DNA from: Squalus acanthias
Lineage: Eukaryota
Assembly (NCBI GenBank): GCA_030390025.1
Contig: CM059432.1
Location: 16,804,001 to 16,868,000, forward strand
Reading direction: 5' to 3'
Length of the DNA stretch: 64,000 nt
The position numbers were made by a program, and so were the translations under genes. The notes under the pieces were generated by a model, which was given only the letters and a program-made list of their open reading frames with translations, was not told the DNA's origin and did no database searches. Positions 1 to 12,265 of the stretch are shown here, piece after piece; the first letter of the stretch is position 1; every line of letters begins with the position of its first letter.

Positions 1-2700
1 GTTAACCTTTGTTGCACCACCTCCAGGCCAACTATATCTTTCCTTCGATAAGGAGACCAAAACTGTGCAAAGTACTCCAGGTGTGGTCTCACCCAATTGT
101 AGCAAGACTTCCTTACTCTTATACTCCAACCCCCTTGCAATAAAGGCTAACATGCCATTTGCTTTCCTTATTGCTTGCTGTACCTGCATGCTAGCTTTCT
201 GTGTTTCTTGCATGAGGACACCCAAATCTCTCTGAACACCAATATTTGAAAGTTTCTTACCATTCAAAAATATTCTGTTTTTCTATTCTTCCTACCAAAG
301 TGAATAACCTCACATTTCCCTACATTATACTCCATCTGCCACCTTACTGCCCACTCACTTCGTCTATCTATATCCCTTTGCAGACTCTTTGTGTTCTCCT
401 CACAGCTTACTGTCCCACCTAGCTTTGTAACATCAGCAAACTTGGATACATTACGCTCGTTCCCATCATCTAGGTTATTAATATAGATTGTAAATAGCTG
501 AGGCCCCAACACTGATCCTTGCAGCTCCCCACTAGTTGCAGCCTGCCAACCTGAAAAAGATCTGTTTATCCCTACTCTCTGTTTTCTGTCCGTTAACCAA
601 TCCTCTATCCATGCTACTATATTACCCCCAACCCCTTGAGCCCTAATCTTGTGTAATAACCTTTTACGTGGCACCTTATCGAATGCCTTTTGGAAATCCA
701 AATATACTACATCCACTGGGTCCCCTTTATCTACCCTGCTAGTTACATCCTCAAAAAACTCTAATAAATTTGTCAAACACGATTTTCCTTTCATAAAACC
801 AAGTTGACTCTGCCTAATCATGTTATGATTTTCTAAGTGCCCTGATACCACTTCCTTACCAATGGATTCCAGCATTTTCCTGATGACTGATGTCAGGCTA
901 ACTGGCCTGTAGTTCCTTGTTTTTTCTCTCCCTCCTTTCTTGAATAGTGGTGTTACATTTGCAACCTTCCAGTCCGCTGGGACCGTTCTAGAATCTAGGG
1001 AATTTTGGAAGATCAAAACCAATGCATCCACTATCTCTTCAGCCACCTCTTTTAGAACCCTAGGATGTAGGCCGTCAGGCCCAGGGGATTTCTCGGCTTT
1101 TAGTCCCATTAGTTTCTCTAGTACTTTTTCTCTACTTATATTAATTATGTTAAGTTCCTCACCCTCATTAGGTCCTTGGTTCCCCACCATTTTTGGTATG
1201 CTTTTTGTGTCTTCTACTGTGAAGACAGATACAAAATATTTGTTTAACTTTTCTGCCATTTCCTTATTCCCCATAATAACTTCTCCTGTCTCAGCCTCTA
1301 AGGGACCAATGCTTACTTTTGCTACTCTCTTCCTTTTTACATATTTGTAGAAGCTCTTACAATCTGCTTTTATATTTCTTGCTAGTTTTCTCTCATTCTA
1401 TTTTTTCCCCCTTTTATCAATTTTTCAGTCATCCTTTGCTGGTTTCTGAAACTCTCCCAATCCTCAGGCTTACTATTATTCTTTGCAACATTATAAGCTT
1501 CTTCTTTCAATCTAATGCTATCCTTAACTTCTGTAGTTAGCCACGGTTGGATCACTTTTCCCGTGGCGTTTTTGTTTCTCAACGGAATATATTTTTGTTG
1601 AGAATTATGAAATATTTCTTTAAATGCCACTGCTTATCTACTGCCATACCTTTTAATCCAATCTACCTTAGCCAACTCGCCCCTCATACCTATATAATTG
1701 GCTTTATTTAAGTTTAAGACTCTAATTTTGGACTCAGGCAAGTCACTCTCAAAATTAAGGTGAAATTCTGTAATATTATGATCACTCTGCCCCAGAGGAT
1801 CCTTTACTATGAGATTGCTAATTAACCCCGTCTCATTACACAATACAAGATCTAAAATAGCCTGTTCCCTGGTTGGTTCCATGACATATTGTTCTAGGAA
1901 ACTGTCCCAAATGCATTCCATGAACTCGTCCTCCAGACTACCTTTGCCAATTTGATTTGTCCAGTCTATATGAAGATTAAAGTCCCCCCAAGATTATTGC
2001 ATTACACCTTTGTTGCAAGCTCCTACTATTTCTTGATTAATATTCTGTCCAATGGTATAGCTACTGTTAGGGGGCCTATATACTACTCCTACCAGTGTTT
2101 TCTGCCCCTTCTTATTCCTTATCTCCACCCATACTGATTCTACTTCCTGATCTTCCGAGCCGAGATCCTTTCTCGCTACTGTCCTTATGTCATCCTTTAT
2201 TATCAGGGCTACTCCCCCCTCCTTTTCCATTTGGCCTGTCTTTTCGAAACGTCAAGTATCCTAGAACATTTAGTTCCCAACCTTGGCCACCTTGCAACCA
2301 TGTCTCTGCAATGGCTATTCGATCAAACCCATTTATCTCTATTTGTGCCACTAGTTCGTCTATCTTGTTACGAATGCTTTGTGCATTCAGATAAAGAGCC
2401 TTTAATTCAAATTTTTTACCATTATTCCCTACTTTGACCTTATTCTCTGCTGCACTGCTATTATTAAACTCTCTGTCCCTTCCTGTCACACTCTGCTTAT
2501 TTTTACCCAAATCACTACACTGCTCTATTGCCTTGACCTTTCTCCTTAGATTTTGAAATTTCCCCTCACCTGACGCCCCCCCCCCCTTTTTAGTTTAAAG
2601 TCCTATCTACAGCCCTAGTTATTCGATTCGCCAGGACGCTGGTCCCAGCCCGTCCCGACGGAAAAGCTCCCTCTTTCCCCAGTACTGGTGCCAGTGCCCC
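1..2700 (-). mobile_element. CR1/HER1 LINE, decayed ORF2 (APE endonuclease + reverse transcriptase), runs off the window start
   Basis: Minus-strand ORFs with [70 protein letters not shown] and FAD motifs, broken by frameshifts. Confidence 0.95.
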
Positions 2701-3644
2701 ATCAATTGAAATGAATTGATTCTACTTCCTGATCTTCCGAGTTAAGAGCCGGTACAAAGCCATCCTAATTCAGCTGCTACAGATGTCCCATGGAACAACC
2801 TGGAAAAAAAGTTGACAAGAAACTTTCCCATTAAAATAAAACAAAACTGTTCGATGTATCAAGACTGGGATTTAAAGGCAAGGCATTCGAAGGCATCACC
2901 ACCAGAACTAACTAGTATATACTGAGACAATCAGAGAGTCAGAATTCAAAGAGTCACCTTAGGTTATAGTTTTAATTAATTAAGGTTGTGTCAACTAACT
3001 TGTCAAGATTAGCAATCCAAATAATGAACTGATTGTGCTTACCCCAGGTGCAGGACAGCTTTTTGGCACAAGGAGGAATGAAGTGCCATAAACTGCTGCA
3101 CTGTTGAGGGTGCTGTCTACTCATCAACAAACAGTGCAAGCATACTGTGACTTTGTGCTGTTGAGAGCTAGCACTGGATGTTAGAATAAAAGAATTTGTT
3201 CCCTGTTATAACCCTTCACTCACTCCAGAATATGATCAGAAGTATTTTTGCTTAATTTTGATCAAAAGACAAATGGACAGCAAGTTCAGCTGAGTGAGAA
3301 ACATGTTAAAAGGTCATGAAAAAAAACTTGATTCACCTGAGGGGGTCAGAGAGGAATTTTCCAGAGTATTTTTCCCTTATTGGCCCCGTTTTATTTTCTT
3401 CTTTTGCCTCTCCCAGGAGATTACATGGCTGCGGAGGGTAAGAAGAGTTTGGTCATGATGCTCCAGCCATCATGAGTGTGGGCAGGCTTGGACAATCTGG
3501 TCTTTATCTGCCTGTCATTTTCATAGGTTTGTAAATATTAATATTTTAAAGAAAAAAATGTATATTAACTATTATTCTCAAAGTTTAAGTTTTAAATTTA
3601 ATTTAATATTTGAAAACAAAAGCTACAGACTCCCTCTCAAAAAA

Positions 3645-3930
3645 AGGCTCAGTGGGTAAACATATGAACTGATGCAGTACGGACTTAAGATTCAATCTGA
3701 GGCAGTCAGCTGATCTTAGCTGTTGCTGCAGTGGGGCACCAGAATTGGTCTCAGTGTTAACAACAGAAAACGCTGGAAAAACTCAGCAGGCCAGGCAGCA
3801 TCCGTAGAGAGAGAAAGAGAGTTGACGTTTCGTGTTGCTGGGCTAAGGTGAGGGAGAAGCAACTGTTTTTCCTGCTTCTGACTGCAATCAAGAAATCCAT
3901 GCTAGAAAGTGTCTGTGTTGAGTAAGAACA
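3645..3930 (+). mobile_element. Old tRNA-derived SINE interrupted by a Penelope-like fragment
   Basis: A-box-like GGCTCAGTGGGTAAA head. Similar degenerate copies near 11480-11620 (-), 15500-15710 (-) and 23140-23340 (+). Confidence 0.45.
3759..3831 (-). mobile_element. Penelope-like family B short fragment, truncated inside the hammerhead
   Basis: Closely similar to 56001-56075. Flanked by GTGTT (3754-3758, 3832-3836). Confidence 0.7.
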
Positions 3931-4169
3931 GGTACGCGTCAGTTGTGATACTGAATCCTAGACGAATAACCTTGAAACACTGTGTCTGCTCACGCATGAA
4001 AAATAACCAGCGTGGTACCTGTGAAACCACAGGTCATGACGAATCACAACCTTTGGTGGGGTGGGAACTTAAGAGGGAGTGAGTCAGAAAGAACCTTGTC
4101 TATTTCAACCTTTTGAAACATTATTTAAGTTCTGAAGAGGAGCAAGAAAAACAAATTGAATAAATTCCG

Positions 4170-4380
4170 AAATAAAACAGAAACTGTTAGAAATACACAG
4201 CAGATTTATCAGCATCTGCAAAGACAGGATACAGGTTAACATTTCCGGTAAGGTTCCTTCATTGTTATCAAGACCCCACACCCAGAGCATTAATCTGTTT
4301 TTTCTCTTTATAGATGCCGATAGACCGGCTATGTATTTCCAGCAGATTTTTGTTGTATTTCAGATTTCCAACATTTGTTG
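4170..4380. mobile_element. Old inverted pair of Penelope-like family B-type ends
   Basis: AAACAGAAACTGTTAGAAATACACAGCAG...CAGCATCTG is followed by a degenerate reverse complement (TAGATGCCG...GTATTTCCAGCAG...TTGTATTT). Confidence 0.5.
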
Positions 4381-5402
4381 TTTCTTCTTTATTGGTACCG
4401 AATAGATCCTGTACTTATGTTATAATTCTGTACAGCATATTTTAAGGCCATGAATCTAATACACCATTAATTAATTACAAATTTAGCTTTATATGTTGGT
4501 ATCAAAAATACTTGCCACTTCCCTGAAAAACTGTTTAAACTCTAGTCAGCAGTGCAGGCGGAGAGCAGTTATTGAGCCCGATTATGAGCTGAGACAACAA
4601 TGAATTCAAACTTAAGTACAGCTCTTTAAGTTCTCTCCACGGATGTTTACTCAGGGTCCTCATATGATCAGAGTCAGTAACTCCTCCAAACCAACATGTC
4701 ACGCACTCACTCACCATTTAAATGCACACAAAAATCAAAAAGATTGATATAAACACAAAGTTGTTGAGGTTAATGACCTTTAGAATAAGGATACTGACAA
4801 TGACGGTAGCTCTTTTATATGCAATTTTACAGTAACCCATTTGCAAACAGGAATACGTAACATTATAATCATATGCCTTCAGGTTTTACATCACCATCAC
4901 CTCTACTACCCTTGCTTCACCTTGGACGTACTCCACATACTCAAGATAATGCCAAAAATGGTTAGAAATATTATTTAAAAATCAACTTGTATACTACATA
5001 ATGTCAACAAGTAGCTGGTAGCAAGCTTAAAGTGGTAATTCAATCTTTTCATTTAGCAGGCATTCCACTCCAGCTTTGCTGTTTGTTTTGCACGTCCTTG
5101 CAACTCAATGCCAGCCATTTAGTTATCCAATATATATTATACTGCATAATACACATACTACTTCCTTTATAATGGAAAACAAGCCCATCATTTTTACATC
5201 ACAACAGCCACTGGAGTGGTAGGGTAGATCAGCGCATCGGATTACCAAAACTTCATGCCACAAATTAACAGGGTGCAGATTTCTGCTTCAAATTTCCTAC
5301 ATAATAACTAAGATTTTAACTGGATAATCATGGAAAGGTGCCCAGGGTAGAAAAATAAACTCAGCCTCTTTTGCACACTTTCTGAAAGCTAGTTACGAAG
5401 AG

Positions 5403-5541
5403 GCCGGTGTTGGACTGGGGTGGACAAAAATGAGAAGTCGCACAACACCAGGTTATAGTCCAACAGTTTTATTTGAAATTACGAGCTTTCGGAGCGCTGC
5501 TCCTTCGTCAGGTACAGTGAGTGTTCTGCGACTTCTCATTT
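5403..5541 (-). mobile_element. Penelope-like family A mini-insertion with partial inverted end
   Basis: 13-bp TSD TAGTTACGAAGAG (5390-5402, 5542-5554). Same sequence family as 9858-10076 and 57938-58073. Confidence 0.85.
5480..5514 (-). ncRNA. Minimal type I hammerhead ribozyme motif
   Basis: UAC-CUGACGA-A-GGAGC-agc-GCUCC-GAAA-GC-UC-GUA: core boxes, 5-bp stem II, palindromic AGCU stem III, stem I UAC/GUA. Confidence 0.75.
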
Positions 5542-7904
5542 TAGTTACGAAGAGCCAGAGGTCATGGTACTGTTTGCATAACTGCTCTTTTGACAAAGAA
5601 TGACATGTGGTGCAAAAGTTACAGGTAGGAGAAAAAGTGGGAACCAGGAGCAATTTGGGGGGGGGGGGGGGGGGGGGGGGTGGGGGGAGGAAATTAAGGG
5701 AGAAAGTGTGCACAAGAAAAATAACCTCTCTACTTATTATTGCCCATCATTCATCTATTGTTTTTAAATGAAAAACATTTGTGTAATTCACTTACACACA
5801 TAATTGCTTTTCAATACAATCAAGTCAAGTATGTATCTCCATAAACCACTCAACTTAAAAATAAATATGCTAAATCTATTAAAATACAATTATCTAGGCA
5901 TCGACCTCACTCCCAGCCTCAAAGCTCGAATATGAATTCACAGCAGAGCCCTAAATGAACTTGGCAACATTTGCACCTTTTCAATGATCGTTGACGATTC
6001 ATTATATATGGATGTGGATAAAGCAGGGGTCATTCAGAGATTATATAAATTAATTCTTCTATAAAACCTAAGTGCAAGAATGTGTCTAGAAATTGTAATT
6101 TTGTTCTGTTCTCATTGATACCACATAGTAACTATACAGTAGCTAGTGCATTTATGGTTCTTCAGATACCAAAGTCGTTTTAGTCTCCCTTTTATCCGCC
6201 TTGTGCAAACACTTAGCAAAAATAAATTCACTTTTCACAAAGGTAATTCTCCAGAAAGACAGGTCCATTTAACATGCTATCATTGATCTCCAACAGCAAC
6301 TAAAAGTGCATCTATTTTGAGGGCAAATCACTGTTAACTGTGCACTGCTGATAACAGGCAAACAGCCATATTGCTATCAATGACAGAATGCAAATTAATT
6401 GTGTTTTACCATTCGATCTGTTTTCACTCTAAAAACATGAATATTTAACAAGTATTGATAAGAATGTAAAGCATAATTTAGTTCTACAAATTTAGATTTG
6501 AATAGTATCGAAAAGCTCCTTCTCTGTATGTAGACTAAAAGATTGACCAGATGCCTTTAGCATTTAAATAAATGGCAGCACCATAAATTTGCAATGAATG
6601 CTACAGCCAGCACTTTGAACGCTCAAGATTTGAGTTATGCGTATTTACAAGAAAACCTGGCAGCAAATGGTTAAATGTAGATGGTACAATCAAAATAAAA
6701 TCTTACCAGAACTGATATTCAAGATGCAACTATGGGTAGGTACACTGAACTGAATTAGTCACATTTAACCAGTTGATTATCGGGAGTCCCATCAGAATAG
6801 TTGATGTTAAGATAATATGGCTTACACAAAACAGTACTATTGTACTTCAGCAGGCATTGAAACAAGTCGTAAGAAAAAACTAAAATCAGTACGAGAAAAG
6901 TTGGTTCACAATGAACTTCCTTAATACAGGTAGACTAAGTGGATATTTATTTCTACAAACTCTCCAATAACACTGTTTAAATAGACAAGTTTCGGTCATC
7001 CCCACTAATTAATTGTTAAGACTAATTAAAATCAAATTTACACATCTGGATTACTTCACTGCATTCGGCAAAAGTTAATACAAAACTATTTTCCCAGGTT
7101 GGTAGAAAATTGCCACATCTTACTGCGATGTAATATAAGGAGAAGTCAGAGAGGCAAGGAGGGTAGAAAGCAGGTACTTTCTCTTAAACAGGACACTGAC
7201 TGCCCCTTTTCCGAGATCAACTGCTTAGCAAGTAACAAAGGGAACAAAGATAATGCCTAGCTACTCAGTTGAACATAAAGCAACTTTCCAGAAACAGATC
7301 TTTAAATAAAAGTCAATGTTAGCTCCATCAATGTATTCCAGCTAGTTTTGCCAATGATTATGACCATGCAATTTCCCTCAATCCCATTCACCTCCAGTTT
7401 GAGAGAATATGGATTTTTTTTAAAAACTTACTTTAAAAGGAAATTGTAATAAAGTCACACATTACTGATTTACAATCCATGCACCATAAACATGAAACAT
7501 CAAATATTTGTCATAGTAAAAAAGACAATGGTACATTAAAAAAGTTACAGAAAAATTCAGTCTACTTTGCACTTGATAATTTCCCCTTTCTTGATCATGT
7601 TTTCTTTACCATGAAAATCACAGGTTAAACTAGTTAAACACCACAACATATATGTAGCTAGGTGTTCGGTGAAATGCAACTCCATCCCTACATGCATAAT
7701 GAGCTTGATATTTTCTAATCTCGCTACAATTTAGTATGTACTCTGATTAAGGCATGATAATTATCATTTTTAAACATGGCATATTTTAAGCCATATTTTG
7801 ATATTCCAATGCCAATTCGGTTACTGATATTAATAACTACAGTATTAATATACGTTTGGGACAAAAAGTCACGACAAGTTACTATTAATGGATAGCCTAT
7901 ATCA

Positions 7905-8023
7905 TAGTGTGACCATATTTTCTAAAGCAAATCTGGGGACACTACAGGGTAGGAGCACAGAAAAGTAACCAGGACGGAAAATGTAGGTTGTGCAGCATAG
8001 CAAGGCAAACATTTTTAGCAGCG

Positions 8024-8063
<40 letters not shown>

Positions 8064-8321
8064 ACATGGATGTGGCGTCACACTATTGAAGCGCATTGAG
8101 ACACCATTTATAAATAATACAATAACACTGTTCAGTCCATTGTCCTGAAACTGTGATTATGTCTAACAGTATTATATACACATATTCCAATGAATATGGC
8201 TCTAGTCTAGTCGGGGATGAAATTAGTGAACCGGGGACTCTTCCAGGGACACTGTTTGCCCAGGGACACAGTACCTCACCCGGGGACTGTCCCCAGAAAA
8301 CAGGGAGGTATGGTCACCCTA
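7905..8321. mobile_element. hAT (Blackjack-like) MITE
   Basis: TIRs TAGTGTGACCATA / TATGGTCACCCTA. 8-bp TSD CTATATCA (7897-7904) vs CTATACCA (8322-8329). Repeated subterminal GGGAC motifs. Confidence 0.8.
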
Positions 8322-9264
8322 CTATACCATAAGCTGCAGTCAGCTTCAAAAACCATACTGAAAAAAAATTGTACGAGGACAATTCCTGCCAAATCAGGAC
8401 ACTGTAGTGAACATGGAATAACCACTCAACTGAAACCTCACTGCGCATGAATTTCCTCAATCGTTTGCACCGCTTCAGAGATACATCCACCTAAACCCTC
8501 TGCAACCCATTGATCCACCACCACGAAAAGGAAAAGCATACACCTTGACTTAATCTTAAAAAGTTTAAAACCACTGATTAATTTAAGCATTCTTAAAGGA
8601 CCAGCTTCACGAGCCCAGCTTACAAACTTCATGCTTCTGTTCTCTGGCACAATAAATAAAGAAGATACACAACAGGTGAATAATGAGGATATACAGTTTA
8701 TTCCAGCAGGTAGGAACAAGAAGCAACCATATAATACAGAGATAAAGTCCCTGGTCTTATGGATTATGTTGTAGGTTAAGAGAAGCGGTCCCATGCAGAC
8801 TTTTCTGAATTAGCTGGCTCCAGTTGGGAAGGAGATAGAGCCACTACAATTTATCTTATGTACGTGTGCACTTCCTGTCTCACTCGAGATGTCCGTCATA
8901 CTTAAAAAGTCACACACTGGTCAGTGAAATTTTTTTTAAGAATTATGAAGGAACAGAGACAGTCATTTCCAAAGTACAGGAAAAAAAACTCGGAAAAAAT
9001 ACAGAGCTAGTGTCTGCAGGCCCTTAGTTGACCTTCCAACACATAAAGCTAAGGTTCAGAACTCCAGCCTGAATAGCAATTAACCTTTGAGAAGGAAAGA
9101 CTAGCTGAGTTCACTAAATCAGACTTGCTAGCCCTAAAAGGGGCAAACATATACACTTTAGTATCAGGGTAATACACTGGCCTGGAATCCGCTGCAATGC
9201 TGATATTGGCAATGAACACCGTAAGTTAGACCACTGTGCTTCCCAATCCTCCAGTGGCGAATTC

Positions 9265-9732
9265 ACTCCACAATTTGCTGGAAAAATAATTAGAATACAC
9301 CACAGCGAACATAGCGGTAACACAGAAACGACGTAGCAAATGGATATCACTTAAGCAACGGGAAACAGCAAACGCATTGGTAGACTTGCCCTTGCACGTT
9401 TAGGTTTATAAACTTGTTGATGGCAAGTTGCTGAAAGTGAGAGCTGATAACATCACAGCGAGGGAAACAGGGCAGCTGGGACCTGATGAATGGAGCAAGC
9501 AGATCTCCTTAACCAATCAGATTGAAGGATTGTGAAAGAAACAGAGGAAGGACTAAGGAGGAGGGTGAATTCAATGTCAAATCAGGAACAGAAAGAGAAA
9601 TAAAGAGAAGGAAATAAAGATTGGATTGAGAGAAAAAGAGAGACAAAGGAAAAGTTTTTTAAAAAGTAATTTAAAATTTTATATTTTTAAAAACTCCAAC
9701 AATTAAAACCTGAAGGAATGAGACTCCACACT
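9265..9732. mobile_element. Non-autonomous DNA-transposon-like repeat, partial copy of the 46100-46865 family
   Basis: 9420-9732 is collinear with 46190-46515 (GAGCTGATAAC...CTCCTTAACCAAT...ACAGAAAGAGAAATAAAG...GGAATGAGAC). Confidence 0.6.
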
Positions 9733-9857
9733 TCCTCGGATAAGGAAGGATATACTTGTCACAGAGGGAGTGCAACCAAGGTTCACCAGACTGGTTCCTG
9801 GGATGGGGGGATTGTCCTATGAGGAGAGATTGAGTAGACTGGGCCTATATTCTCTGG

Positions 9858-10076
9858 TCATGATGCGGAGATGCCGGTGTTGGACTGGGGTGGACAAAAA
9901 TGAGAAGTCGCACAACACCAGGTTATAGTCCAACAGTTTTATTTGAAATCACAAGCTTTCGGAGCTATCGATCGCCCCTTCCTTCACCTGAGGAAGGGGC
10001 GATCGATAGCTCCGAAAGCTTGTGATTTCAAATAAAACTGTTGGACTATAACCTGGTGTTGTGCGACTTCTCATTT
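9858..10076. mobile_element. Penelope-like family A insertion with an 87-bp perfect inverted repeat
   Basis: 12-bp TSD TATATTCTCTGG (9846-9857, 10077-10088). Arms 9897-9983 and 9991-10077, with an unpaired tail at 9858-9896. Confidence 0.9.
9984..10025 (+). ncRNA. Minimal type I hammerhead ribozyme motif
   Basis: UCAC-CUGAGGA-A-GGGGC-gaucgaua-GCUCC-GAAA-GC-UU-GUGA. Confidence 0.7.
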
Positions 10077-10595
10077 TATATTCTCTGGAGTTAAGAAGAA
10101 TGAGAGGTGATTTCATTGAAACATACAAAATTCTTACAGGGCTTGACAGGGTAGATGGAGGGAGGATGTTTCCCCTGGCTGGGGAGTCTAGAACCAAGGG
10201 TCACAGTCTCAGAATAAGGGGTCGGCCATTTAGGACTGAGATGAGGAGAAATTTCTTCACTCAGAGTAGTGAATCTTTGAAATTCTCTACCGCAGAGGGC
10301 TGTGGAGGCTTAGTCGTTGAGTATATTCAAGATAGAGATCGATAGATTTTTGAATATTAAGGGAATCAAGGGATATGGAGACAGTGCAGGAAAGTGGAGA
10401 TGAGGTAGAACATCAGCCAAACTGCCTGTTGCAATGTTGCAATTTCTATGTAATTCAATGTAATGAGGTATCAGAGGATGTTCAGTGGCAATGGAAACCA
10501 TACCACAACAAGCAGTCAACGTCTTCAGGAAACAAAGAGGAGTGGACCATATTGGCTGAGAAAAGTGGCGAGAAAGAAAATTTAAATAGATGGGA

Positions 10596-11301
10596 AAAGA
10601 AAAAGACTTGCGTTTATATCGCGCCTTTCACGACCACCGGACGTCTCAAAGCGCTTTAAAGTCAATGAAGTACTTTTGAAGTGGCGTCACTGTTATAATG
10701 TGGGAAATGCGGCAGCCAATTTGCGCACAGCAAGGTCCCACAAACAGCAATGTGATAATGACCAGATAATCTGTTTTTGTTATGTTGGTTGAGGGATAAA
10801 TATTGGCCAGGACACAGGGGATAACTCCCCTACTCTTCTTCGAAATAGTGCCATGGGATCTTTTACATCCACCTGAGAGAGCAGCCGGGGCCTCGATTTA
10901 ACGTCTCATCCGCAAGACGGCACCTCCGACAGTGCAGCACTCCCTCAGCACTGCACTGGAGTGTCAGCCTAGCTTTATGTGCTCAAGTGTCAGCTGTGGC
11001 TCAGTGGGTAGCACACTCGCCTCCGAGTCAGAAGGTACTGTGGTTCAAATCCCACTCCAGGGACTGAAGCACAAAAATCTAGGCTGACGGTGCAAATTGC
11101 CTGCCGCGTTTCCCACATCACAACAGTGACTACACTCCAAAATTACTTCATTGGCTGGAAAGCGCTTTGAGACTTCCGGTGGTTGGGAAAGGCGCTATAT
11201 AAATGCAAGTCTTTCTTTCTTTCAAGTTCTGGAGTGGGACTTGAACACACAATTGTCTGACTCAGAGGCGAGTGTGCTACCAACTGAACCACAGCTGACA
11301 C
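10596..11301 (-). mobile_element. DeuSINE (SacSINE1-like) containing a nested opposite-strand copy
   Basis: tRNA-like head at 11230-11301, Deu-domain-like core (GGATGTAAAAGATCCCATGGCACTATTTCGAAGAAGAG on minus) and L2-type tail ending in a TC-rich run. Confidence 0.85.
10988..11221 (+). mobile_element. Internally deleted DeuSINE (head joined to tail)
   Basis: Head TGTCAGCTGTGGCTCAGTGGGTAGC jumps from ...TAGGCTGAC to the tail region. TCAAG is duplicated at 10983-10987 and 11222-11226. Confidence 0.8.
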
Positions 11302-11954
11302 TGTGGATTACATGATAGACACATAAAAAGGTCATTTGGTCCATCTTACCTCATTAAGAACCTACAGTTCCCCAAATCACCATACCAGCTGTTTCTTAAA
11401 TAATTCTAGGGTTTTTGCCTCAACTCACAAACTCATAAGGTCATTCTGTGCATTAATCACCTTTTGTGTGAAGAACTATGACTAATTTTCCCCTCAGACC
11501 AATTATAGTTTACCTTCTGCTGCAAGACTGGTAGCACGGATCTAGACTGAACCTGGAACCTTCTTGGTCTGTATGGCTCACTACCATACGGGGCAGTGCA
11601 TTTACAAACTGAGCTAGCAAAGAAATTGGTCAATTTAAAAAAAAGAGTTTTTATAAATGAAAAAGGTTCTGCATTGTGCAGTGGGAAAGATCCCACTCAT
11701 ACAGAAGCTACAGTATTACTGGAGAATTTCTCATGCTAAGTAGATCTGTACATCAGGGACAGCTTCCCCATTGTGTTCTGGGGAAAGACAGCTGTGTGAT
11801 GCAGCAACAAAAGTGAGCACTTCACACCCCAGCCCTTTCTAACCTATTTTTAACCTTGATAAACTCCTGTCCACCTATTAACAACTTTACTGCTACAATT
11901 TCATGATTTACAATTCAAGTTTACTTATATTTGGAAACATCAAAGAATAAAAGA

Positions 11955-12265
11955 ATACCTCTGGTGGGGGAATCGAGAACAAGAGGGCACAATCTTAAAA
12001 TTAGAGATAGGCCATTCAGGAGTGAAATCAGGAAGCATTTTTTCACATAAAGGGTGGCGGGAATCTTGAACTCTCCATCAAAAGGCTATGCATGCTGGGT
12101 TAATTGAATTTTTCAAGACTGAGATCAATAGAATTTTGTTCGGTAAGGGTATCAAGGGGTATGGAACAAAAGCAGGTAAATGGACTTGAGGTACAAATCA
12201 GCCATGATCTAAATGAATATGGATCAGCCTCGAGTGGCTTAACAGCCTACTCCTATATTTCTATA
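11955..12265 (+). mobile_element. CR1 3-prime end fragment
   Basis: GESRTRGHNL-like coding end plus 3-prime UTR ATCAGCCATGATC...GCCTACTCCT. Confidence 0.8.

Larger units (their letters stand above)
9733..10420 (+). mobile_element. CR1 LINE 3-prime fragment interrupted by a Penelope-like palindrome
   Basis: GLYSL|ELRRMRGDFIETYKIL...RTKGH reading frame, split at the TSD. Confidence 0.9.

Noticed and set aside
5656..5688. Poly-G run, and the G/GA-rich tracts at 47100-47345 and 48515-48600
   Set aside because: Simple low-complexity sequence. G-quadruplex potential alone is not evidence of function.
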